Source: the human T2T-CHM13v2.0 reference genome, Homo sapiens
Length of the DNA: 64,000 nt
Assembly: GCF_009914755.1 (NCBI RefSeq)
Contig: NC_060931.1
Direction: 5' to 3' (one strand)
Positions 1-12,330 of this stretch are shown in pieces. Below the pieces are notes generated by a model, which was given only the letters and a program-made list of their open reading frames with translations, ran no database searches and was not told the DNA's origin. Within the stretch, counting starts at the first letter, position 1. Each line of letters starts with the position of its first letter. The position numbers and the translations under genes are program-made.

Positions 1-743
1 TTTTACTCCAACTTTCCCAGTTTTACATGAAGCTGTAGGTAAATTAGGTGCTCTGGATTACTTTTTGACATATTTTAATTCAACTTGTGTCATATAGTGA
101 TTTATTACATTCAACGAATGCACGTTGAATGACAGTATTCTTAGGAGTTTATCTGTAGTCTCAGGACTTTCTTGCAGTTTGGGTCTGTCTTGGAAAGAGG
201 TGCCCACCAATGTCTAAGTGTTAAACATTGAGCTAAGGTTTTCTGGTGCCTCCTGGACAAGGAGTGCTGCTGAAGAGGAGCCTGGTCCTCTTCCATCTTC
301 ATAACCTCCTGACTCTTCAGTCCTTGCTTCCTGTCTCTAACCACAGTAAGATCATAGTTCACAGGGTCCACCCACGTCTGTGGCAGCTTGGCTGCCTTAA
401 ACCAAGTTCTACAATGTCAAGAACCAAGTTCCCCAGAAGAGGTCACTAGAACACTTGCTCAGTGAGTGTGACTGACGTGGCTCTCCATCAAGTTCTCCCT
501 AGAGACTCAGCAGGGTGACCCGCTGGGCCACCCACCTTCCCTTCTAACCTCCCTCAGTTCTCTTGTAAAATGGCCAGCCAGCACGAAGGGTGGTAGTATA
601 GAGTTGTGAGATTTGTTTTCTCTAAAGGGAACAACGATTTGAACTGAGATAAAACTCCAGTGCTCCTGTCCCTGGAGGAACCAGCCCAGACTTAAATAGC
701 AAATGCAAGGGAAACAGGCAGAAAATTTGTAAGGGTTATCTTT

Positions 744-953
744 TTTTAATTAAATAATAATAATAATAATAATAATAATTATTATTATTATTATTATTAT
801 TATTCAGAGACAAGGTCTCCTTCTGTCACTCAGGCCAGAGCACAGTGGTGCAATCAAAGATCACTGCAGCCTCGAGCTCCCAGCCTCAAGAGATCCTCCC
901 TCCTCAGCCTGCCCAAGTGCTAGGATTACAGTTGTGAGCCATAATGCCTGGCC
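744..953 (-). mobile_element. Old Alu monomer (FRAM/FAM-like) with tail turned into a (TAA)n/(TTA)n microsatellite
   Basis: Diverged Alu right-arm sequence 806-953; flanking TSD agggttatcttt / agggttgtcttt. Confidence 0.85.
753..804. repeat. Perfect 52-bp palindrome (AAT)n(ATT)n
   Basis: 26-bp arms pair exactly around the centre 778/779. Confidence 0.95.
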
Positions 954-1676
954 AGGGTTGTCTTTAACACTAAGCAGTAAATGTCTTTCCATGTTTCACT
1001 GACATGCATATGATGTTTGCCACAGTAAAAAGTTTAGGGTAGACTATATCGACTTACTGTTAGAAAAATAACAACGCAGACCTACTTAGAACCTTGGTTT
1101 TTGTCTTTGTTTTGTGGCCCAAGGTCACACAGTTAGTGCATGAAGTAAAATTAATTGCACCCTGATTGACAGACTCCATCAGGTGCAGTTAGAAGGAGAC
1201 AAAACTTGACAGTCTTGAAGTTGCCTATGAGTGCTATTTTATTAAAAAGGTCTTATTATAGTCTAATAAGTAGCATCTTACTACATAATAAAGCTGGCAG
1301 GAAAAGGAAGCATATTTAGAGTTGAGGAACAATAACTTTCCTGTCACAGCTTCATGTGATTTCTGTAATTTTGATTTTCAAAAGATCGGGGTGTTCTTCG
1401 GCTCCTTTGATACATACAGAGCCTTTCAAATGCTCTCTCTGATGTTTGCCCAAGACGCCTGTCAACATCGTGGAATGCTGCTCAGCTGGGGCTGTGCATA
1501 TTGTGCCTCCGCCTCACGATCTGATATTCCACATGGCTTCTTATTTAGAATGCCAACAGGAAACTTTTCAACAGTTCCCGGTCATCTTTCACTTCAGATC
1601 TAAATGTCTCACCCTTGCTCATACCTCAGGAAGTTGGGCAGCTTTCCTTACATGCTTTGCTTCTTATGTTTTACAG

Positions 1677-1701
1677 GCTTGAAGACCCTGCAATGTGGTG
1701 A
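1677..1701 (+). CDS. NPY: Neuropeptide Y precursor, coding part of last exon (exon 4; C-terminus of CPON)
   Basis: Acceptor ttcttatgttttacag| then G CTT GAA GAC CCT GCA ATG TGG TGA = (R)LEDPAMW*, the known C-terminus of human prepro-NPY. Upstream exons lie outside the window. Confidence 0.96.
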
Positions 1702-1876
1702 TGGGAAATGAGACTTGCTCTCTGGCCTTTTCCTATTTTCAGCCCATATTTCATCGTGTAAAACGAGAATCCACCCATCCTACCAATGCATGCAGCCACT
1801 GTGCTGAATTCTGCAATGTTTTCCTTTGTCATCATTGTATATATGTGTGTTTAAATAAAGTATCATGCATTCAAAA
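1702..1876 (+). other. NPY: NPY 3'UTR
   Basis: Follows the TGA and ends shortly after AATAAA; the cleavage site is approximate. Confidence 0.88.
1854..1859 (+). terminator. Polyadenylation signal AATAAA of NPY
   Basis: Canonical hexamer ~150 nt after the stop, with an upstream UGUA at 1836. Confidence 0.9.
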
Positions 1877-2214
1877 GTGTATCCTCCTCAATGAAAAATC
1901 TATTACAATAGTGAGGATTATTTTCGTTAAACTTATTATTAACAATTAGTCATTATAGTCTCCCTCAACTAGCAGATTCAGGGTTCGTTTCGCTAATATT
2001 AAAACAGCGGCTATGAAAGATATGAAGATATGATTATTCATGATAACCAAGATCAGCTGTGTGGTGTGTGTGTATGTGTGTAAAACATATAGATGCATTT
2101 GAAGATATTGATCAAAGGAATGCTAATTTGGGAAATTTTTCTGAGCTTTCCCCCCATTAACATTGGAACCCTTTTGCTAACCTTGTTAACCAGGGCTGTC
2201 AGCAGAAGGACTTC

Positions 2215-2410
2215 CTGACTAACTAGAGCTTTCTGTGGAATGTCCTTTATCCCTCTGTCTAATATGGCAGCCACTAGCCACATGTGGTTTTTGAGCCCCT
2301 GAATGTAGTAAGTGCAAATAAAGAGATGAGTTTTAAATTTTATTTAATTTTAATGAATTTTAACTTAAATGGCCATTAAGTCTCTAGTGGCTACCATATC
2401 AGACCGTTGA
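2215..2410 (+). mobile_element. MER3 (hAT-Charlie)
   Basis: gcagccactagccacatgtgg ... AT-rich core ... tagtggctaccatat matches the recalled MER3 consensus. Confidence 0.75.
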
Positions 2411-3094
2411 GGTCTATACATCTATTTTGGTCACTACTGTTAGAATTTGAGTGAGAAATACAATGAGTGGGATGATTATCTTTTCATACAACATGGGGCA
2501 TGTTAATTAATTTAGCTGAAATTTATTAAACTTCCTCCTTCAAGTACCTACTTGCATGGGCTTACTTTAGAATGAATGTTATTATATTTTTACATGTCAT
2601 TTCTAAATCAAAGAAAATGAGTCTCATCCCATACTGGTACTTCATACCACACTGTAAAAAATATGTATAAATATGTTTATATGACATCTTAAAACTTTAC
2701 CAAAAAATGCATGAATAGCAATATTCATCATGACCTAGGGAATCTTGTAGAATATACAATATTCTCTGCATATAAAAAATTATAACTTTTTTTCAGGCAA
2801 TGGAGTCAGTGTTGCTGCAAAATGTAATTTCCTTTAATGAAACTAAGATAAAATTGTTCCGCAATTTCCCTAAAATTTCCTTTATTTTTATTTCTTTATT
2901 CTTGGAACTAAATACCAATATGTAAAGCATTTTTAAAATCTAAAAAGTTAAGTAAGTCATAATTTATTACACATCAAAGTTATTAACCTAGTATATCTGG
3001 GAATTTTCTTTATTAAAATTAGTAATACACAAAGAAAGTTGACTGAAAAATCCATCTTTCAGCACAAATAAGCTGAGTACTCATCACCACGCAT

Positions 3095-3439
3095 ATAGTC
3101 ATATACCACTTCACAACATTTTGGTCAATGATGGCCCACACATATAGCAGTGGTCCCATAAGATTATGATACTGAATGTTTACTGTACCTTTTCTATGTT
3201 TAGATACAAAAATACTTACCATTATGTCACAATTGCCTATAGTATTCAGTACAGTCACTTGCTGTATAGGTTTGTAACCTAGGAGCAATAGGCCATATCA
3301 TATAGCCTAGGAGTATAGAAAGCCATACCATCCAGGTTTGTGTAAGTACATTCATTCTATGATGTTTGCCCAACAACAAGATCACCTAACAATGCATTTC
3401 TAAGAAAGTACCCCTATTGATAATTGATGCATGACTGTA
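3095..3439 (+). mobile_element. Tigger3a/MER7-type DNA transposon (Tc-mariner)
   Basis: Termini tatagtcat...atgactgta; internal ggtcccataagattat and ggtttgtgtaagtaca motifs. Confidence 0.8.
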
Positions 3440-5499
3440 GAACTCTTGATTACATGGAGAAGAGCAAACAGGAATAATGTATATTACCCATTCAGAGAGA
3501 ATCCAGGAATTCAATTTTAAACAAAAATTTTAATCTCTTACCTCATCAAACCTAAATGCCTAGAAAACTTAGCATTAAACAACCGCCTTTTACTTATACT
3601 CAACCCAGGCCTTGATCCCTCTGCTTCTTCACCTCATCTTATTGGAAGGAGGACTTAACCTTCACACCGTGTGGGCCCCATGAACCTGACTCAGTGACTT
3701 TCAAGCTCTCTGACCTTCAAATTCACTACATGGCTGGGTTCTCATCCATGAGATGGGGATAATTATTCCTGCCTAAATTTCCATGTATACCTTTATGGGA
3801 ATCAAAATTCAGGTTAAGATAACGTTACAAGTAATAGAAAAGAAGTGGGTAAAAATGAAGTTTTTGATGACTCCTGTGTTGAATTCTAAATCCCTAATGA
3901 ACCAGAATTAGCTTTCAGAAATAAAAAGATAGCAAACTTTTAAAAAACTGCAAAACTGCATTTCAGGAGATTCTCTATAGTAATATTTCTCAAACATTTT
4001 CAGTTTTAGAATGGGAATAGGTTTGAAATACGTTTAAATAGGTTTTAGAATAGGTTTAAAGGCACTGGATCACTCAGCTGTCATTGCAAACAATAATGAT
4101 AATGCTTACTAGAGTTATAGTAAGAACAATCTAGCCTTCATTAATGAGATCCCTATGAGCAACATAATCATTATCAAGTAAATCCATCAGCACTTATTAA
4201 GGTCTCCTCTCACCCTAGCTCTAGTCCATCATCTATGAGGTATAATGTGTGCATAAATTTTGCAGGTGTCATGTTTTTATTTTGATTCCTGCAATACCCA
4301 AGACATACTCAAGCAGATGAATACTCCCCCAATTTTCACAGAAAGGCCTATAGGAAGTAAGTGACTTATCCTACCTCATTCAAGTTAGTGGGACAAGACA
4401 GCAGCTCCTCTTTACTTGAAAACTTTGCCCTGCTTGACAATGTCTTCCAGCAGTGAATGCAAGTGGAGATCAGGTTGTGTATGATCTAGTTAAGAGCATA
4501 ACTCTGGTGTACCACACTGAAAACAAATTAGAGAGTAACGAAGTACTAAACAAATTGTGTGAGAACTATTGAGAAAAGGAAATTAGTGTGGGCCGACTAG
4601 TTGAAAAATGCTTACCAGAGAATGTGGATTGACCTGAGAATAGGAGGTTTTGGGTCTGGGCTAAAAACTGTGTGGATTAGCACAGCTTGTGAAGGGAACC
4701 TTCAGAGCTCTACTTGACAGGAACAGAGAGAGAGTAGCAGAGGCTAGATTGATGAACTAGGTCTAAGAATGGCCAAACTCATTCATTCACTTAACATATT
4801 TTCATCACCTAATATGTATTGGTACTAAGCACTGAGGATACAATTGTGCTAAGCAGTGAGGATACAAAGATTAGTTTCTCAGGGAATTTACTATCTAATG
4901 AGGGAGGCAAATAATTACAGTACATTGTTGGAAGTGCAGAGATGTGTCAGAGGTCTAAGAAGTAGTTAGGTGCTAGAACCTTCCCACTCATCATGCTTCC
5001 CTTTGCAGTTTCCTAACAAGGGAGCCGTACATATAAGAGTCAGTTGCCAACTAGGAAACAGAGCCAGGTGAACAAGCATCCAATGAGGCCCAAATGTAGG
5101 GCTGCCTGGTAAGCTGAGTCAGGGTGCCTGGCTGCCGCCCAAGCCTCCAGAGCACCCCGTTTCCAAACCAAATCTCAGCAGCCTAGTGAAGAGTGACAGG
5201 AAAAGTAAGGTTTCTGGGGAAGATTCCCAAATTCACTTACACAAATAGCCACATAGATCAGAAGGGCCAGCCTGTCACTTCTAGCAGCAGATGGAAAAAG
5301 AGAAACGCCACTTGTGACTGCTCGTTACCTTTCAGTTGTGTCCCTGCCTGTTAAGACAATGTGGCCTAATGAATCAGTCAGAATAGCAACTGTCTCCCAT
5401 GCAGAGGGAGACAGGAAAAGAGAAAGAACAGAGGCCAGAGGTCTCATGGGTTAAGGCTAAAATGTGGACATCCTATAGACCATTCAAATTCAATATGTT

Positions 5500-5792
<293 letters not shown>

Positions 5793-6588
5793 TCAGTATG
5801 TCCAAAATTGGTATTTCCTATTTCAGGGGTAGCAATATCTCCTTCCTTAACAAGAAGTGGGCCGTGCTTTTACTGGGATAGTGAAGGTCACTCACCCCAG
5901 GCTGAGGAGAGTGCAGGAGTAGGACAGACTTCCTAGGGCAGCTGACTGATGCTTGAGCTGAGGTTTGAAGGATGAGCAGCAATTGCCAAATGAAGAATGC
6001 CAGATAGGAGGTAGAGAACATGCAGATATGACACAGTAATGCATATTTTGATTACTTTTTAATTATTTGTGATTCCCATACTTTGAATTTGATAGTGGCA
6101 GGCCTGGACAACTGGGTTATGTTCTAAGGCGAAAACCTCATTTAGAACAAAATCAAGTCTAGTCTCACAGTCATCTCAAACTCTTTTCTCCCAGGCATTC
6201 CTTATTTTTTATTTATTTTTTTTAAAAACATCCCATCTGCTCTTCCTACAGACTTGACTCCAGGGCATACTGAGGCCTCTCTACCAATATTTTTCCTTCA
6301 GCCAAATTAGGATTAGACTTCTCAGACTGAGATCTCTTAACCATAATCTTACGGACAAATTAACAAATTCAGAGAATAAATGTTGTAGGGGTGGTTCCAC
6401 ACCCAGGGTCAGGAAGGCAAGGATTCGCTATTTCTTTGGAATATTTTATCTTGCATCCTCTTTCCCCTGCCTAGACAAGGGTCAGAACAGAAAAACAGAT
6501 TTAAAGAGAAGGAAAAAACAGCACCGGCTTGGAGTTTGCACACCATCGTGTGATGCTTCCCATTAGGTGAAGTAAAGATGGTGGATGC

Positions 6589-6898
<310 letters not shown>

Positions 6899-6923
6899 GA
6901 TGGCGGATGCAAGTGCTCAATAT

Positions 6924-7000
6924 TATTAGATGGGTGCAAAAGTAACTGTGGTTTTTGACATTGAAAGTAATAGCAAAACCAATTTCTTTTCACCAACTTA
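6924..7000. mobile_element. MADE1 mariner MITE (degenerate)
   Basis: ~80-bp imperfect palindrome ttagatgggtgcaaaagtaac...ttcttttcaccaactta resembling MADE1. Confidence 0.85.
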
Positions 7001-7479
7001 GCACACCCATGTGCAGGTCCCACATGTGCTACTGATGACAGGAAGGTAAACATGATGATGGCAGTTAATTATCTCCTCTCTTTCTAATGCACAAACATTA
7101 TGCTTATATGGTTACATATTAATATGTATACAATAGAAAATTGTTCTTTTCTCCTCCATGCAGAACATTGGAATCATTTACAATGTCATCAGAACTAAAC
7201 AAATACCTTTTCTATCATCATAAAGGAAAACAACCTTTTGAATGAGGTGTTTCAGTGGGATATTCTTTTATCATGGTTCTGGGTAGGAGGAATGTAATAT
7301 TGTCACAATAAAATTATTGCCTTTTCTTCTGCCTATTAGAAAAATTAGCACAGTGTGAAATCACACAGGATCTTTTTCTCTTTTTAAAATCAGAATGGAA
7401 TAACATATAATTAATCATATGTGTCATACGGGCTCATTTTTTTTAATGTGCTAAGTAATAGCTATCAATTTAAACTCAT

Positions 7480-8361
7480 TCTGATGCTGCAGTATTCAAA
7501 TGCTGTGCAATTATGGGAAGGGTGGTATGGATATGTTGATACTGCCCTTGTTGCCTGACGCACAGGATTCTCCACGAGAGCTAGTTCAGTCTGAAGTTGA
7601 TTGTAAATACTGAGAATGATCCCAGAGGAGCCAGAACAAGTGCAATGTTTGTTGAACAGCCTCACAAAGGTTTTTTGTGGTTCTTTCAGGAGGTACAGGT
7701 AGCATTTATGCAGGGTCTTGACAAAAATATGAAAGTTTATTTAACCATAGCTTTGTGGATCTCTGAAAGTTACTGGTTGAATACACAGTTCATTTCTGTC
7801 ATCTTGGAAGTTTGATTTACCTGGCATTACCTTTAATATCAAGTTCTTAAAAAATCTTTTTTTTTTCCAAAGAGTCTTGAATATTGAAGTACCAAAATTC
7901 TGTGAAATGCTTTTTGGGTCACTGATGATTTTTTCCTGGCTTTGAATTTAGTGAAGATTTTGGAGTTTTCACCAATTGTTACCACTTATATTGCATACTA
8001 ATGTATTGGCTCTATTTAGGGGCTATATTTTACAACTCTTTATGTCCCTGGGTAAATTATTTTGATATTTAAACATATAGAATTTGTTTTTTTTCAAACT
8101 GTTTTATCTATAAGACATGGATTCCTTTGATTCCCAATTTATTCCTAATTTCAGAATTCTTTGCTTTTTCAGAATTTAATTGAATTTTAAACTGATTTGT
8201 TCGGTGTATTTATCTGAAATTTGACTTCACTCATTAGTTTGGCTGCTTTACTATGGTATTATGAAGCAATTTAAGTTGAAATGAGAATCTTTCTATAGAA
8301 TATAAAAGTCACATTTTACCCTTTCTTCTCACTAAATAACACCTTACTATTTGGGAATTAT
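7480..8361 (-). pseudogene. Candidate decayed terminal exon of an unnamed minus-strand gene
   Basis: Acceptor ttattctctctaacag| at 8362-8363. The sequence is non-repetitive and A-rich on the minus strand, with K/N/S-rich frame fragments (SDPKSISQNFGTSIFKTLWKKKRFFKNLILKVMPGKSNFQDDRNELCIQPVTFRDPQ; SGNKGSINISIPPFP) broken by stops and frameshifts. Inference only. Confidence 0.35.
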
Positions 8362-8443
8362 CTGTTAGAGAGAATAACATCATTCAAATAAGTTTTCAAT
8401 TAAAGCTTGCCTAGAATAATTTGAATTTTATTTATTCTAATAC

Positions 8444-9314
8444 CTGTATCTTTTCTATCACTGCCAAGTCTTCTCGAACCAGAACGGCCTACTGAATTAA
8501 CTGGTCTGTGAAATTTAATGCAAGAATAAGCAATGTTGGCAGAACATATTTAATATAGTCACTCTTTCTAACAGGCTGGATTATTGATCAGGTTAAAATG
8601 GAACCAGCTGATCTCTAATGGGTTTCTAGAGTCCCAAGGATGTTATCAATTTCTGAAATATTCATTGAATAGTCTCCCTGTGACTGGTACTCTGCTAGGT
8701 TCTAGGGGTGATATAAAATGAGTGAGACAGTTTCCCTGCTCTTAAAGACCTAACAATTTATAAAGGAGATAGACACATGCTTAAGGAACTATAATGCAAG
8801 GCAGATCATGATCAATGTTTAAATAGAAGCATAAAGTAAGTGCTATGGGAGAACAGGGGAGGCTGAAATCATTTCCACTAGTATATGTGAGGAATGGGAA
8901 GTGTCATTTGAATTGGACCTTGGTGGATGGCAGTTGTTCAATAGCCTGTGCTTTACTTTTGTGGATGTCAAGGTCATTATTAACAACATCATATTCCTAG
9001 AAAAATGGCTGTGCAGTACTTAATCAAGCTCCAACTGGGATTCTGAAATCACTGTCTGGGGAAGTGGTGATGGACCATGCATCTCAGAGTGAGCATCTGT
9101 TGTCTGAGTTGATATGTGTGGGTGGTGGGATGAGAGAATAAGGACTGTGGAGGGGATATGACAGCATCTGATCCTCTTTTGCTGCTTATACCTCCACCCT
9201 GAACATGGGGGCCTCATTTTGGGCAACAATAAGAGAAGAGCATGTGATCAGAGCTAAAAATATCATGTTTTTGAAAGATGTGTTTTCTAGGCATAGGATA
9301 AGGCACACTGGGGT
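8444..9314 (-). pseudogene. Candidate decayed exon(s) of the same gene, interrupted by an L2
   Basis: Acceptor ttacattttatcccttag| (phase 1: DPSVPYPMPRKHIFQKHD...). Ends ...RPVNSVGRSGSRRLGSDRKDT-G|gtatta, followed by an 82-nt GT-AG intron (8362-8443) with matching phase 1. Confidence 0.38.
8655..8932 (-). mobile_element. L2 3' fragment
   Basis: aaatattcattgaatagtc...ctgctaggttctagggg and aagtgctatgggagaacag resemble the L2 3' end in reverse. Confidence 0.7.
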
Positions 9315-9527
9315 CTAAGGGATAAAATGTAACAGACAGGAAATGCTTATTTTATCTCCCCACGCAGAAGCCAGAGCTATTCGTCCCTGGGGGCTCACGT
9401 GACTGTCAGAGATCAAGTGTTGTGCCCAGCCATACAACAGGAGGAACTTCGGCTCCTGGCAGAGCAGGGTTCCGATGAAGCAGCAGTGGCTGAGGCAGGC
9501 AGATCAGTTTTGGGGTGTTGGCCTGGC

Positions 9528-9638
9528 AAGGTGACCAACCATTCTGGTTGTCCCAGGACTGTCCTAGGCTTAGCATTGAAAGTCTTGCCTCCTGGGAAAT
9601 CGCTCCGCTTTAGGCAAACCTGGATAAGTTGGTCACCC
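9528..9638. mobile_element. MER81 (hAT-Blackjack MITE)
   Basis: TIRs aggtgaccaac...gttggtcaccc with an internal gtcccaggactgtcc. Confidence 0.75.
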
Positions 9639-10089
9639 AACTTGGGAAACAAACTGCCATTTATGATCTTGTTTTAAGGGAAAACATGCTTGAGTGTCAA
9701 GCTGCTTACAAGTGGGCATCTCAACCAGCAGTCAGCATTTACACACCTGAATATAAATGTTCAACTGCATGCTATTTTCCTAAGCAACCTTACAGTACAT
9801 TATTCCCGTTAGATAATTGTAAAAGGTAATGTAAAAATATTCCCATGATGGAGAAACATCAGCTGTGAAGACATTAAAACATCTTATAATTTCTAGACCA
9901 GCCACTTTCATATTGTAACATTATAAATACATTGGTTCTATGAATGCATAAATATTTAATTTCATGGATAATTAACTCTTCATAAGAAAAATGTTTTCTG
10001 CTTGAAATCCTAAATAGCTATTTGCCTTCTAAAGTTATAAGTAAGTTTTGCAGGTTTTATTTGGTGATAAGAAATAGGGCATGAGGGAA

Positions 10090-10310
10090 CTAACATTTAT
10101 TTAGAAACTAGTATAAATTGGCCCTTTATTTACTTTAATTATTTTAATTATCACTGAAACCATGAGAGGCAGAAACACTGGCCACATTTTACAGATGAGG
10201 AAACAGGCTCAGAGAGGTGAAATGAAACAAGACAACAAACGTGGTGGTTGGCGAGGCTGGAACTTTAACCAAGGCCAGTCTGACTATATACCAATGTTCC
10301 TTGAGTTATA
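10090..10310 (-). mobile_element. MIR
   Basis: Core cattttacagatgaggaaacaggctcagagagg. Confidence 0.85.
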
Positions 10311-10479
10311 CCTTTTTACCCACAGGTAATTTAAATCATTGTGTGACATCATGCACTATGGTCACAAGGGAGAGGCAGCACTGAGAATTGCTAAGATGTC
10401 AGAAAGACCTGGGATCCTTATTATCATGTACCAACCCTCCTTAACCTCAAAAATGCATTTCATCTAGAAGTCTAGTGTG

Positions 10480-12330
10480 TCTAATACTCATAACAGCTAT
10501 GCTAGCTTTAAAAAAATTGATATTTACCTATTTCTTTTATCTATTAACCTTCAACCTTTAGTAGCCATTAAGTTCTAGTTGTATCTTTTGTAACACAATG
10601 TAGCTATTTGAAAAATGTAAACAAAAAGTTCTCTTAACTAGTAAATTTAGACTATTTACATTTATTATGATTACTGAATATATATGGATCTATTTCTACA
10701 ACTTATTTTGTTCTTTCTCTTTGCCATGCTTTTTTTTTTCATTTTTTTTCTTTTTCTTGCCTTCTATTGAATAAATCAAATTTCCTAATTCCACTTCATA
10801 TCTCTGCTAGCTTGGATACTATATTTTCTACCTAAACAAAGTAAGGGCATTAAAATCTGTTCAATTACAATAACCCGCTCTAGACATTTTGTTTGTTTGT
10901 CCTCCCAAGCTAGAAAGGCATTTTTTTTTTAAATGTATAGTCAAGGTTTATTTATATTTACTCATGTTTACCAATGTTTTGTTGTTCGTTGTTCATTATT
11001 ACTTCTTTCAATGTATTCCTTCTTTCTGGGTTCAAATTCCTTCTTCCTGGAGTATATCCTTCAGTAGTTCTTCAAGACAGGGTCTTTCAATGCTAAAATA
11101 TTTTAGTCATTTCTGTAAATATATGTTTTTCACCCTGACTCTTGAATGACACTTTAGCTGCATACAGTGCTCTACATCTCCAATTTTCTGTTAACACTCT
11201 GAAGCTAGTATTTCAATGACTCCCAGCCTCCACTGTTGATCTTGAGAAGTCTGTAGTCATTCATAACTTATTTTCTATCTTTTTTATCTTTCCACTATGG
11301 TTGCTTTTCATCTTTTCCTCTATGGTTGATTGTAAGAATTTATCTTCGTCTTGGTGGCCTGAATTTCAGGATGATGATGTGTTCAGATGTGGGATTTCTT
11401 TTTATTATCCTTGTAGAGACTTATTGTGGTTTTAAATACATGAATTTATGCCTTTTATCTATTCACAGCCACCTCTTTAAATGTTGTCTCTCTCTTACTT
11501 TCTATGTTCTTTTGTTCATCAAATTCTATTGAGTAAACTTTCTTATTCTGTGTTCCAAATCTCTTAATTTACTTCTATTTCCCATCTATTTTTTACAATC
11601 TATGCTGCATGCTGAATAATTTATTCAAATCTTTCTTCTAGTTTCTGAATTTCTCTTCAGTGGGTCCTTGAGCCCTTACTACCTCAGTGTAGTAAGTGTA
11701 CCCATCTATCTTTTGTGTTCTGCTTCCCTGTGGAAACTCCATATAACTTGGATTGTGGGAATGATCCTTCAGAGCAGCTTTGTATTTATATTTGCCAAGT
11801 ATGCCAGGGGAATCACCAACCATCTCATATCAATTTTTTGGCTTGGTGACTTTTGGATTATGGGGGTAATAGAAATCTAACTGCCAAACCACCATGATGT
11901 ACAACTAGGGTTTCAGTTCCCTATGAAGACACCCTCCCCACTTTTATAGCACAGGCATGGACAGGCAAGCTAAGCCATGGGCATAGTTTTTTCTAGTCCA
12001 TCCTTTCATTATTTGTTGTATCTGTAATAAACCGCTATTTGATGGCTATTTGTGTTTATGCTGAAAGATCAGTTCCACCTTCCCAATTCGCTTGGGCTGG
12101 AGGCCTAATTTATCACCCTCGTGTAAGCATTAAAATCTAAGTTCCTAGTTTACTTGAACTTATTCCTGGTACTATCTTAGAAAGGCTGAAGCATGAGCAC
12201 AGTTGCTTAGATCTTTGATTTTTTAGTTTTAATTTTAATTTCTGGTACTGTTATTCTTTTTGTGAGCTCTATTTTACATTTTCAACATTGTATATTCTAT
12301 TCAGCATTTCTAATTTGTTTGTATCATCTT
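10480..12330 (-). mobile_element. Old L1M (L1ME-like) fragment
   Basis: T-rich degenerate L1 5'/ORF1 sequence on the minus strand. Confidence 0.6.

Larger units (their letters stand above)
1..1676 (+). other. NPY: NPY last intron (3' part)
   Basis: Precedes the exon 4 acceptor; the exon 3 coding sequence (YGKRSSPETL...) is not seen in the window. Confidence 0.9.

Noticed and set aside
1322-1949. ORFs 1322..1603, 1446..1682 and 1695..1949
   Set aside because: They lie in the NPY intron or 3'UTR and are not the NPY frame; only 1677-1701 is coding.
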